From an uncultured Chloroflexia bacterium (lineage in GTDB: Bacteria; Chloroflexota; Chloroflexia; QHBQ01; JADMIH01): 64,000 bases of DNA. The notes below the pieces were generated by a model that ran no database searches, had not been told where the DNA came from, and worked only from the letters and a program-made list of their open reading frames with translations. Shown here in pieces: positions 50,835 through 59,953 of the stretch; the stretch's first letter is position 1, and each line of letters opens with the position of its first letter. The stretch spans positions 256,001 through 320,000 of the forward strand of contig CAWCNY010000001.1 of the NCBI GenBank assembly GCA_963797095.1. Reading direction: 5' to 3'. A program made the position numbers and the translations under genes.

Positions 50835-50995
50835 TCACGACCAAACTCGTGATCGTGACGCAGAATCCCGTGTTTTTGGGGTATTCTGCCCGCCTGTGTG
50901 ACTGTATGCTCCCGTCGCAAATGAAAACCACAGGCCGGTCGACCAGGGTAAGCAGGCCGCGTAAGCATTCAATTTGGACATAGGAGGACGTTCGA

Positions 50996-51397
50996 ATGCT
51001 GGATCCACAGACCATTCAGATGAAAGGCTTCAGGAATGTCGTGCAGGACGGCCAGGCGGTTGGCTTCCAGGTGCGGGTGCGCTGTCCTTACTACCGAGGC
51101 ATCTGGCTCTCGCTTCTGGAGAAGGCTGAGCTGGCCGTAAATGGCGAGACGTTCCCGCCTGAGAAAGTGCGGTGGACGATAAACGGCGAGAACTTCACGA
51201 GCCCACAATTGGCCGTGCAGTCCCAAAAGCGCTGGCTCTTCGAGGAGCCGGTGACCCTCACTGTGGACAAGCCCGGCGGCTTAGTGCCGGGCCTCCACGA
51301 CGTCGAGGTGTCGATCAGCTGGCGTTGGTCGTACATCCCAATCGAGTTTCAACCAACGACGAATATTTCCCACAGGAAACTGGTTCTGGTTCGATAG
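50996..51397 (+). CDS. C-glycoside deglycosidase beta subunit 3
   Basis: GFRNV..GFQVRVRCPYYRGIWLS..VNGE..RWLFEE..KPGGLVPGLHDV..RWSYIP. Confidence 0.85.
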   Translation: MLDPQTIQMKGFRNVVQDGQAVGFQVRVRCPYYRGIWLSLLEKAELAVNGETFPPEKVRWTINGENFTSPQLAVQSQKRWLFEEPVTLTVDKPGGLVPGLHDVEVSISWRWSYIPIEFQPTTNISHRKLVLVR

Positions 51398-51438
51398 CGT
51401 CGCGTACCCTGTGATCGCACGCGACCAGGAGAGACAAA

Positions 51439-52398
51439 ATGACTACAACCCCGTCCGATATACAGCTAGGCGTTACCCTGTACAGCTATGGCGGCGACTT
51501 CCTGGTGACCATGAGCCTGGAAGATTGCCTTGCGGACATCGCAGACATAGGCGCGACCGGCGTCGAGATCCTGGCCGATACTCACATACCTGGCTATCCC
51601 AATCCCACCGCCGAGTGGATCGAGGAGTGGCACCGGTTGCTCAAGAAGTACAACCTCACCCCTACCTGCTACTCCAGTTGGGTCGATACCCGCCTCCATA
51701 ACGACCGGCCTCTGCCGGTGGACGAAGCCGCGGCCATACTTCGTCGCGATGTAGAGCTTGCTCACAAGCTCGGTTTCACGCTCGTCCGACCGAAGCTTGG
51801 TGTTGTCAGCCAGGACCTCATACCCGATCCGGTGTGGCGCGAGACTGTGAAGCGGGTACTGCCCGATGCACAAAAGTACGGCGTGCGTATTGTACCTGAA
51901 ATCCACGCACCGACGCCGCTCAAATCCAAGATAGTTAACGACTACCTGGCTCTGACGAAGGAGACGGGCACGAGATATTTCGGCCTCCTCGTAGACACGG
52001 GCATATTCCAGGACCGGGAGCGAGCCGCGGAACATGCCGACTCGCAGTACATCTTCGGCCAGGTGATTACCGATCCAGCCATAAAGGCCCGGGTCGATCG
52101 CGAAATGTCCAGGCCTCTGGGTGTAGACCCTGCTGATCTGGCTGAAGTGATGCCATACGTATACCATATACACGGCAAGTTCTGGGAGATGACCGACGAC
52201 CTGACAGATCCTCACATACCGTGGGATAGAGTCATCAAGGCGTTGGTGGAGGGGGGCTACAAAGGCTCGATATCGAGCGAGTACGAAGGAGCCAGAGACC
52301 TCTTCCGCGCCTCGGACATGCTGCGCCGCCAGCACGTGATGCTACGCAGACTTCTGGCTGAGCACGGTGTGGACGTACCTTTCAACCAGTCGGTTTAG
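51439..52398 (+). CDS. C-glycoside deglycosidase alpha subunit 3
   Basis: GVTLYSY, PEIHAP, LVDTGIF, HIHGKFWEM, SSEYEG. Confidence 0.85.
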   Translation: MTTTPSDIQLGVTLYSYGGDFLVTMSLEDCLADIADIGATGVEILADTHIPGYPNPTAEWIEEWHRLLKKYNLTPTCYSSWVDTRLHNDRPLPVDEAAAILRRDVELAHKLGFTLVRPKLGVVSQDLIPDPVWRETVKRVLPDAQKYGVRIVPEIHAPTPLKSKIVNDYLALTKETGTRYFGLLVDTGIFQDRERAAEHADSQYIFGQVITDPAIKARVDREMSRPLGVDPADLAEVMPYVYHIHGKFWEMTDDLTDPHIPWDRVIKALVEGGYKGSISSEYEGARDLFRASDMLRRQHVMLRRLLAEHGVDVPFNQSV

Positions 52399-52415
52399 TA
52401 GATGCGTGGTCACGG

Positions 52416-52452
52416 CGAGGGGGATGGCGCGAGCGGTATGCCATCCCCCTCG
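52416..52452. terminator. Hairpin between convergent genes
   Basis: CGAGGGGGATGGC / GCCATCCCCCTCG 13-bp stem. Confidence 0.65.
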
Positions 52453-52477
52453 TCCGTCCCAGACCGAGCGGTTCCAC

Positions 52478-53431
52478 TCACATACCGGTGAGGCGTGCAA
52501 CGACAGTTGCGAAAGGCGCTGGATCCGGTATCCCCCCTAGAATGGTTACGTAGGACAGGCCCAACAGCTCACGGCGCATCTGCAGGTCCTCAATTATCTG
52601 TTCAACGCTCCCTATGAGGGCGTGCGGAGACTGCACGACGTCTGCCGGGGTGGCCGACGCCGCTATTGGGCCCCAGCCCCTCAGGAACTCCGCTGCCGCG
52701 CCCTCCCTGTCGTCAGTGACGGCCACGAACAGCACCGGATGGTTCAGCTCAAGCTCGGTGAAGCGGTCACCGGCTGCAGCCCGAATCCACTCCACTTTCC
52801 GGCGCGTTGCCTCGGCAGTGAGGCTGGTGAAGTCCAGCATGCCATCTCGAGTGGTCCTAAGGTTGAGGCTTACGATGTTGGCCTCGCGGGCAGCCAGCGA
52901 GAGCATTCGCTGCCCGCCGCCGCCCAACAGGATCGGCGGGTGAGGCCGCTGCAATGGCGTGGGCCGCGATACGAGGTTATCGGTCCTGTAGTACTTGCCG
53001 GTGAATGATACCGGCTCTTCCTCTGCGGCAAAGAGTTGCTTGATCAGGCGCACCGCCTCTTCAAGTCGCTCTATACGCATGCCTGGTGGATCGAGAGGCA
53101 TTCCTCTCTCCAAGTAGTCCCCCTGGCGCCACCCTGTGCCCAGGCCAAGCTCCAGGCGCCCCTCTGACAGCACATCTATGGTCGACATCTCTCTGGCCAC
53201 TATGGTCGGGTGCCAGAAGTCATTGCCCAGGACGTAAGAACCGAGCCGCATTCGGCTGGTCAACGCGACAGCGTGCGCAAGGGCTGCTAATGGGGCAAAA
53301 GGGGAGAAAGTGTGATCGGCTACCGAGAACGTAGAGTATCCCTGGTCCTCAGCCTTGCGGATCAGCTCTTTCCAATCTGCCAGCGATCGGCTGCCGAATG
53401 CATTCAGGCCAAAGCGAAACGGTCGTGGCAT
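52478..53431 (-). CDS. LLM-class flavin/F420-dependent oxidoreductase (TIGR03621-like)
   Basis: RPFRFG, AEDQGYSTFSVADH, NDFWHP, SEGRLELGLGTGW, PPILLGGGGQRML. Confidence 0.85.
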   Translation of the reverse strand: MPRPFRFGLNAFGSRSLADWKELIRKAEDQGYSTFSVADHTFSPFAPLAALAHAVALTSRMRLGSYVLGNDFWHPTIVAREMSTIDVLSEGRLELGLGTGWRQGDYLERGMPLDPPGMRIERLEEAVRLIKQLFAAEEEPVSFTGKYYRTDNLVSRPTPLQRPHPPILLGGGGQRMLSLAAREANIVSLNLRTTRDGMLDFTSLTAEATRRKVEWIRAAAGDRFTELELNHPVLFVAVTDDREGAAAEFLRGWGPIAASATPADVVQSPHALIGSVEQIIEDLQMRRELLGLSYVTILGGIPDPAPFATVVARLTGM

Positions 53432-53595
53432 AGGTGCTCCTAAGTTGCGCTTGCTGTGTGAGGCTGTGCCTCGTAGCTATTAGCTATTGCCTACATACCC
53501 CTGGTGCCTAGACTCTAGATGGCTGCGTGCCCACAGCACGCCGCACTCCGCTGTGCAGCACACTGGAGAGCCCACCGGCCCGGGGCGGAGCAGGG

Positions 53596-54750
53596 CTAGC
53601 CGACGCTAACCCACCTCTCCTTACGGGCACTGCGCAGGATAGCTTCTGCTACCACTCGCTCGCGGTGCCCGTCCACGAATGTAGGAAAGTCAGGCGTGGC
53701 CATGAAATCGCCCCTATCCAGGTAGCTGTAGATCAAGCTGCAGAGGCTTCTGAAAGTTTCGAAGTAGCCCTCTACGTGCCCCGCCGGGTAGAAAGCAAAG
53801 TGCCGGATCTCGGGCGGCATGATCGCCCAGTCTTTCAACAACAGCTCGTTGGGCCTATCGCGGTGTCCAATCCACATCTCGTTCGCCTCTTCGGAATCCC
53901 ACGCGATCGATGAACTCGACCCGGTGATTTCATAAGAGAGCCTGTTCTTGCGCCCTGGACACATCTGTGAAACGGTCATTACTCCGCGAGCGCCCCCCGC
54001 ATAGCGAAACAGCACGGTAGCGTAATCTTCCGTAGTGACCTGCTGCTCAATGAATTCCACCTGCACTGGCAGACGGCTCGTGAACGTCTCGACCGGCCGT
54101 CCAGGCTTGCGGCGCACGGGCAGAAAGGTCTTGAAATCGGCCAGCACCGACTCAACTCGCAGGCCCGTCATATGGGAGATCAGGTCCATCCAGTGCGAAC
54201 CGATGTCCGAAACGGTGCGCAACTCGCCGCCCTTTCCCGGCTCAAGCCGCCAGTTCCAATCGGTCGGATACACCAGCCAATCCTGCAGGTACGAGCCCTG
54301 CACAATGCGCACATCACCCAGCTTGCCCTCCTGGACGAGAGCGCGAGCGTGCTGGTTGAGCGGGTAGTAGCGCAGATTGAAGCTCACCGCATTTACCAAC
54401 CGCTTCTCCTTCGCAAGCCTGACCAACTCACCCGATTCTCGGCTGTCCATGGCAAGTGGCTTTTCGCATACGACGTGCTTTCCCGCTTCCAGAGCCGCCT
54501 TCGCTTGCGGAAAGTGCAGGTGATTTGGTGAGGCGACGTGCACAACGTTAATATCAGGGTCTGCAATTAGCTCCTCAGCTGAGCCGTACGACCGCGGCAC
54601 GCCCAGGCTGTTTGCCTTGTCGGCCGCCCGATGGGGGTCGCTGCCGGCTACGGCCAGCACTTCAAGCCCCAGGCTGCGGAGCGCCGCCAGGTGCACCGCG
54701 CCGATGAAGCCGGTGCCGATCAGTCCTATATGCCATCTTCTTTCCGCCAC
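53596..54750 (-). CDS. Gfo/Idh/MocA oxidoreductase
   Basis: [49 protein letters not shown]; GTG start with AGGAGG RBS. Confidence 0.9.
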   Translation of the reverse strand: MAERRWHIGLIGTGFIGAVHLAALRSLGLEVLAVAGSDPHRAADKANSLGVPRSYGSAEELIADPDINVVHVASPNHLHFPQAKAALEAGKHVVCEKPLAMDSRESGELVRLAKEKRLVNAVSFNLRYYPLNQHARALVQEGKLGDVRIVQGSYLQDWLVYPTDWNWRLEPGKGGELRTVSDIGSHWMDLISHMTGLRVESVLADFKTFLPVRRKPGRPVETFTSRLPVQVEFIEQQVTTEDYATVLFRYAGGARGVMTVSQMCPGRKNRLSYEITGSSSSIAWDSEEANEMWIGHRDRPNELLLKDWAIMPPEIRHFAFYPAGHVEGYFETFRSLCSLIYSYLDRGDFMATPDFPTFVDGHRERVVAEAILRSARKERWVSVG

Positions 54751-54953
54751 AGCAGAATCCTCCTGTACGCAAGCAATCGTTATGCCTTGCGCTGCGTTCG
54801 CCACTGGAGCCGCCTTGCTGCGCTTCTCATCCGGGAGGCAGGATGGGAGCATTATCCACCCAGAGGGCAGAGGGAGGCAAGGTCGGTGCGTTGGTAGCGC
54901 TCCTACCTTGCCTCCCTGCCTCGGTCCTCAGGAGATCGGGTTACGCACGCAAA

Positions 54954-55953
54954 CTAAAACAGTGTTGCTTCGATAGTCCTTATCAACTGGTGGTGACGCT
55001 GGATCTGCTCAAAGGCGTCCAGGTCTGCATTCCAGTGATGCCCCTCATACTCGGTTGACACATAACCCTTGTAGCCAGCTTCATGCAGGGTTTTGACTAT
55101 TTCAGGATAGCGAACGGCGTTCTCGTTGAGGTTTTCGTCGATATGGAAGAACTTACCATGAACGTGGAACACGTGCTGGATGATCTTCGTGAACATTTCC
55201 GGGTCTCCGTCGATAAAGTACTGCGTCGAATTCAAGACCCATAAGCTGAGCAAGCTCGTCGCCGCCAGCCTCCTTAATCAGGTCTACAACTTCAGGTTCG
55301 AATTTCTCGCCGAAATTCTTGCCCTTCTTCCCAATTTTGTTCCACCAGTCAGTTATGAGTGAGATATACCTCTCATCAACGCCCTGATCTCTGAAGCGCT
55401 TGTAGTAGACGTCACTGGGCTCCCGGCACATTGTGCCGCAGTCAATACAGACACCAAGGTGCTCAGGGAACTTCTCGCAAAGCTCGATTTTCGAACCGAT
55501 GAGCTCCATGGGAGTGGGGCAGTGAACCTCGTAGACGAACTTCATGCCAACTTTCTCACAGTATGCACCGATCCTCTCATACATGCTGAATCGGTAGCCG
55601 GAACGGAGGATAGGGAAGCCCAGCTTCTTGGCTGCGTCAATCTGCACCTTCAGGAACTCGAAGGCTTCATCATCTGTGACAAAACGATGAGCAGGACGAG
55701 AGAGGTCCGAGTAGCCGCTGTAGCAGGCGGGCACGAGGCCATATTTGTCGAAGGCGCTCCTGAGTTTGTGCTCAACTTCCAGCGAGAGATATGGATATGA
55801 GCGGTCGAACATCGGAGTGACGATCTCAAGACAGGTGCCCTCTCCGAGGGAACCGATCAAACGCAGGATGTCGTCAAACGAGTACGTGTAATTGTAGTAT
55901 TCTCGGTTGAAGCTGTACATCGTAACGCCCAGCTTCAATGGCTCTTTAGTCAT
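54954..55953 (-). pseudogene. C-glycoside deglycosidase alpha subunit 4, single frameshift near 55236
   Basis: GVTMYSF, YEVHCP and CIDCG in ORF 55153-55953; HVHGKFF and STEYEG in the next frame (54954-55253). Confidence 0.8.
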
Positions 55954-55967
55954 CGTCTTTTCCTCCC

Positions 55968-56375
55968 TCAGGCCGCTACATTCTCGTAGACCATTTTCTT
56001 CTGGCAGACGCCATACTCAACAAAGTCGTGAGAGTCCAGATATGGGATACGCACCTGCGCCATCAACCTCACGTCATGCTCTCCTTGAGAGAGAGGCTCG
56101 TCAAGGTGAAGCTCAATGGTCTTGGTATCGAGGACAAACCATTGCTCATCTATAAGCTCATGGAGCTGATCCAGGGTGTAGACGTATCCATCGGCCTGAA
56201 GTCTTAGTGACGTCCTGGGTATGTCCTTGCCATCGATCCTGAACTTCAGATCAGCTACTGCGGATAGCGGAAGCGAGCGATACCAGGGTAATCGCATCCT
56301 TACACATACAATCTTGTCGTCTTTGCTGTTCTTGGGGAACAAGTCATCGCCTCCAAGCATAAGCTCGTCATGCAT
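55968..56375 (-). CDS. C-glycoside deglycosidase beta subunit 4
   Basis: MRLPWYRSLPLSAV..IDG..WFVLD..GEHDV..RIPY; GGAGG RBS. Confidence 0.82.
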   Translation of the reverse strand: MHDELMLGGDDLFPKNSKDDKIVCVRMRLPWYRSLPLSAVADLKFRIDGKDIPRTSLRLQADGYVYTLDQLHELIDEQWFVLDTKTIELHLDEPLSQGEHDVRLMAQVRIPYLDSHDFVEYGVCQKKMVYENVAA

Positions 56376-56410
56376 GGGAGCACCTCCTTTTGTAGTTTGC
56401 TGCTCCAGTC

Positions 56411-56454
56411 TTCCCACATTTCTACCGGTTGGAATTACGGTAGAAATGTGGGAA
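56411..56454. other. Perfect 17-bp inverted repeat in a structured intergenic region
   Basis: TTCCCACATTTCTACCG-N10-CGGTAGAAATGTGGGAA. Confidence 0.8.
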
Positions 56455-56542
56455 TTGAGGTGGGAGTTCCGGCCTCCTTTTGTGCGCTCCAAGATTATCC
56501 GGCGGCAAGAGGCGCAGGATAACTCCCAACTCTACTTCACTT

Positions 56543-57694
56543 CTATACCGTAGCCAGCTCCTCGCCCATGTGAATCACATCGCCGGACGCCGCGGATCTA
56601 TAGATGGCTTCCAGGATGAGCGTAACGGCATAGGCTTGCTCAGGCTTGACCACCAACTCGGCGCCATTGCGCACGGCGTTGAGCCAAGCCTCCTGCTCCT
56701 TGAACATACCAGGGAAGTCTTCCTTCGCGTCCGGGCCGCCGATGAAGGAGGCGCCCAGCGTGTAATTCTGGATGTACAGTTGCCCGTCGTTTTCGCCGTT
56801 GACCCTCACCTGGTAGCTGGGAGCCGACTGGAAATCGGCTGTGCGTACGACCGGTCCCGTGGGTGGGAACATATCTGCTCCGGCCCTGGTGCCACAAAGC
56901 ATAGTCATTGCCTCGTTGGCGACAATCATATTGATAGCCCAGGAAGCTTCAAGCACGATTGTAGCGCCGTTCTTCATCCTTACCAGTCCGAAAGCGCTAT
57001 CCTCGACCTCATAGTTGTCGGGATCCCACGGGCCCATGCCATTGGCCGGGCTGCCGATCTTGCCGATCTTGTCGAAAGTCGAGCCGAGCACGGTGTCAGG
57101 CTCGTAGTTGTTCATCATCCAGAGGGTGAGGTCCAGCGCGTGAGTGCCCAGGTCAATAAGGGGGCCTCCGCCCTGCTTCTCTTTGTCCATGAACACGCCC
57201 CACGTCGGCACGCCTCGACGCCTGGTAGCGAACGCCTTGCCCAGGTAGATATCGCCAAGCTCGCCGTTGTCGGCCATCTTCTTCATAAGGAGCGAGTCCT
57301 CGCGGAAGCGGTTCTGGTAGCCGATTGTGAGGAGCCTGCCGGTCTCTCTGTACGCGTCGAGCATCGCTTTGGCATCGGCAGCGGTCTTGGCCATCGGCTT
57401 CTCGCACAGGACGTGCTTGCCGGCCCTCAGGGCAGCGACCGTGATTTCGGCGTGCGAGATATTGGGCGTGCAGACGTGTACCACGTCAATGTCGTCGCGA
57501 GCTATCAAATCGTGGTAGTTCTCATAGACGGCGGCATCGGGGGTGCCGTATTGCTTGGCGCATGCCTCGGCCTTCTCCACTATGATGTCGCAAAAAGCCA
57601 CCATCTCAGCATCGTCGCGGCGCGCGAGGGAGGGCATATGCTTGCGAGTGGCGATAAAGCCGCAGCCCACGATACCCACTCTTGTCTTTTTCAC
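56543..57694 (-). CDS. Gfo/Idh/MocA oxidoreductase, DgpA-like (close paralog of 47246-48397)
   Basis: VGIVGCGFIATRKH, RRRGVPTWGVFMDKEKQGGGPLIDLGTHALD; shared PVVRTADF..VRVNGE..LYIQNY segment. Confidence 0.88.
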   Translation of the reverse strand: MKKTRVGIVGCGFIATRKHMPSLARRDDAEMVAFCDIIVEKAEACAKQYGTPDAAVYENYHDLIARDDIDVVHVCTPNISHAEITVAALRAGKHVLCEKPMAKTAADAKAMLDAYRETGRLLTIGYQNRFREDSLLMKKMADNGELGDIYLGKAFATRRRGVPTWGVFMDKEKQGGGPLIDLGTHALDLTLWMMNNYEPDTVLGSTFDKIGKIGSPANGMGPWDPDNYEVEDSAFGLVRMKNGATIVLEASWAINMIVANEAMTMLCGTRAGADMFPPTGPVVRTADFQSAPSYQVRVNGENDGQLYIQNYTLGASFIGGPDAKEDFPGMFKEQEAWLNAVRNGAELVVKPEQAYAVTLILEAIYRSAASGDVIHMGEELATV

Positions 57695-57747
57695 CTTTGT
57701 TCTCCTTTCATTATTCCTGTTGGTAGATTGGATTGCTATTAGCCTGT

Positions 57748-57781
57748 CTGTCCCACGGAGCGAGCTCCGGCTGTGGGACAG
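57748..57781 (-). terminator. Hairpin downstream of glucokinase
   Basis: CTGTCCCAC...GTGGGACAG stem. Confidence 0.45.
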
Positions 57782-57809
57782 GCGTAAATCCCAAGAGCCA
57801 CGGCTTGCG

Positions 57810-58805
57810 CTAGCCGGCCAGCGCCATACCATAGGCGGCAGCGCCGAGTAAGCCCACTTTCGGGTTCAAAATGACGCGTACGGGCACGTTGCTCAGCATT
57901 TCGCGGAATCGCCCCTTGCTGTGCATTGCCTCCAAAAACGCGGGCTTCTGCAGTTGCTCCACTATACGCGGAGACATGCCTCCGCTCAGGTAAAGCCCGC
58001 CCGTGGCCAGCACCTTGAGCGCCAGGTTGCCTGCTTCCCCTCCCAGGATAGCCACGAATAGGTCGATGACCGCACAGGCCAGGTCACACTGCTTCGTCGG
58101 GTCCTGCGCTGCCGCCAGAATAACGGGTGTGGGGTCGGCGGCAGCGGCCAACTGCTCCGCCAGCCAGTCAGGCTCCGGGTACCCAATCGATTTCAGGTAG
58201 CTGTACAGGTTTGGAATACCCAGTCCACCCGAGCAGACGCGCTCGACGCTCACGTGATCGAAGCCCTTTTTGTTCATATACTGCAGCAGGCCTATTTGCA
58301 GTTCGCCGACAGGCCCGAACGATACATGACTCCCCTCGCAGCCATAAGGGTGGTAGCGCCCTTCAGCCCAAGTTAGGAACCCTTCGCCAAGGCCGGTGCC
58401 CGGCGCCAGCACACCGATATTGCCTTCGGGGAGCGCCGTGCCTTCGTTGAGTGTAAATATATCCTCCGGCTGCAGGCTCGGGATAGCATTCGCTATTCCC
58501 TGCATGTCGTTCAGCACTGCCACGGCCTTCCAGTCGAATGTCGACTTGATTGTCGGTCCGTCGATTACCCAGGTCAGGTTTGTGATTTTCGCCCGCTGAG
58601 CGAGCACCGGCCCGGCTACCGCGAAGCATGCCGTATCAACGGGCATCTCTACGGTGGCCAGAAACTCGCGGATCATATACTCGAGGCTGGTATACCGCCC
58701 GCTCGGAAAACTGATTTCGGCCAAGGGCTGGCTCAACCCGGCATCGCTGGAGTAGACCGCCAGGATGGTCTTTGTACCGCCGATGTCACCTGCAAGTACA
58801 TTCAT
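57810..58805 (-). CDS. glk: Glucokinase
   Basis: LAGDIGGTKT, AVAGPV, TNL.W, LND, PGTGLGE, EGSH, ERVCSG, GGLYLSGG. Confidence 0.92.
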   Translation of the reverse strand: MNVLAGDIGGTKTILAVYSSDAGLSQPLAEISFPSGRYTSLEYMIREFLATVEMPVDTACFAVAGPVLAQRAKITNLTWVIDGPTIKSTFDWKAVAVLNDMQGIANAIPSLQPEDIFTLNEGTALPEGNIGVLAPGTGLGEGFLTWAEGRYHPYGCEGSHVSFGPVGELQIGLLQYMNKKGFDHVSVERVCSGGLGIPNLYSYLKSIGYPEPDWLAEQLAAAADPTPVILAAAQDPTKQCDLACAVIDLFVAILGGEAGNLALKVLATGGLYLSGGMSPRIVEQLQKPAFLEAMHSKGRFREMLSNVPVRVILNPKVGLLGAAAYGMALAG

Positions 58806-58807
58806 GG

Positions 58808-59770
58808 CTAGGCCCACCACATGGCTGCCGGCTGCTCGATCAGCAGCACGTCCTTGAGGAAGCTCACCGCCCGCTGGAACCCCTCGTCCACCGACGCCAT
58901 AGCGTCCTCGTGTTCTATGGAAAGCACGCCGTCGTAGCCCACAAGCCGAAGGGTGCTCACGAGAGTGCGCCAGGTTAGCTGGTCGTGGCCGTAGCCGACG
59001 GTACGGAAGGTCCACGAGCGGTGCAACAGGTCGCTGTACGGCTTGGTATCGAGCACCCCGTTGACGGCCACGTTGAGCTTGTCCACGAAGGTATCCTTGG
59101 CGTGCACGTGGTGGATTGCCCCGCCCAGGGCGCGTATCGAAGCTTCCGGTTCGATGCCCTGCCAGAATAGATGGCTCGGGTCGTAGTTGGCCCCCACGAC
59201 CGGCCCGACAGCTTCGCGCAGCCGCAAGAGCGTCTCCGGGTTGTAGACGATGAAGCCCGGGTGCATTTCAAACGCCAGCTTCACCCCGTTATCGGCGGCG
59301 AACTTGCCTGCTTCCCGCCAGTAAGGGATCGCCTTTTCCTCCCACTGCCATTTGAGCAGCTCCTCAAATTCCGGAGGCCACGCGCAGGTTACCCAGTTAG
59401 GGTATTTGCCTCTGTCCGAATCGCCGGGACAGCCGGAGAATAGGTTGATCACCCCCACGCCCAGTTCCGTCGCGAGGTGTACAGTGTCGCGGTAAACGCT
59501 GTCGTACTGCCTAGCTGTATCGGGGTCGGGGTGCAGAGGGTTGCCGTGACACGAAAGAGCGCTTATCACCAGCCCGCGCGCTTCGACGGCCTTGCGCAGT
59601 GCGGCAGCCGCCTGCTTATTCTTGAGCAGCTCGGCGGGGTTGGCGTGGGTATTGCCAGGCCAGGCGCCGGTGCCGAACTCAACGGCCTGCAGGCCCATCG
59701 AGGCCACATTGTCCAGCACCTCCTCCAGCGGGCGATCCTGGAAAAGCACAGTAAGAACTCCAAGCTTCAT
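58808..59770 (-). CDS. Sugar phosphate isomerase/epimerase (YcjR/IolE-like TIM barrel; candidate 3-keto-sugar hydratase or epimerase)
   Basis: SCHGNPLHP, FEMHPG, NYDPSHLFWQG, HVHAKD, LSIEHED. Confidence 0.85.
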   Translation of the reverse strand: MKLGVLTVLFQDRPLEEVLDNVASMGLQAVEFGTGAWPGNTHANPAELLKNKQAAAALRKAVEARGLVISALSCHGNPLHPDPDTARQYDSVYRDTVHLATELGVGVINLFSGCPGDSDRGKYPNWVTCAWPPEFEELLKWQWEEKAIPYWREAGKFAADNGVKLAFEMHPGFIVYNPETLLRLREAVGPVVGANYDPSHLFWQGIEPEASIRALGGAIHHVHAKDTFVDKLNVAVNGVLDTKPYSDLLHRSWTFRTVGYGHDQLTWRTLVSTLRLVGYDGVLSIEHEDAMASVDEGFQRAVSFLKDVLLIEQPAAMWWA

Positions 59771-59953
59771 AGACGGCCTCCTTTTTGCTCTCGTCGGTGA
59801 GCGTAACCATGCAATCACCGATCAAGGCCTAACTCCGAACATCTATTCCGCTAGGGTGAATGCTTCTCCTGCTGAGCACAAGGGTATATCGTTGCGGGTC
59901 TTCCCCTGTGTGCGCAGCACGTAGTCGCGTAGTAGTAGTATATGAAGCATTCA

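Noticed and set aside
56411-56454. ATTTCTAC...GTAGAAAT resembles a Cas12a repeat stem
   Set aside because: Single occurrence, no array, no cas gene; it is an ordinary inverted repeat
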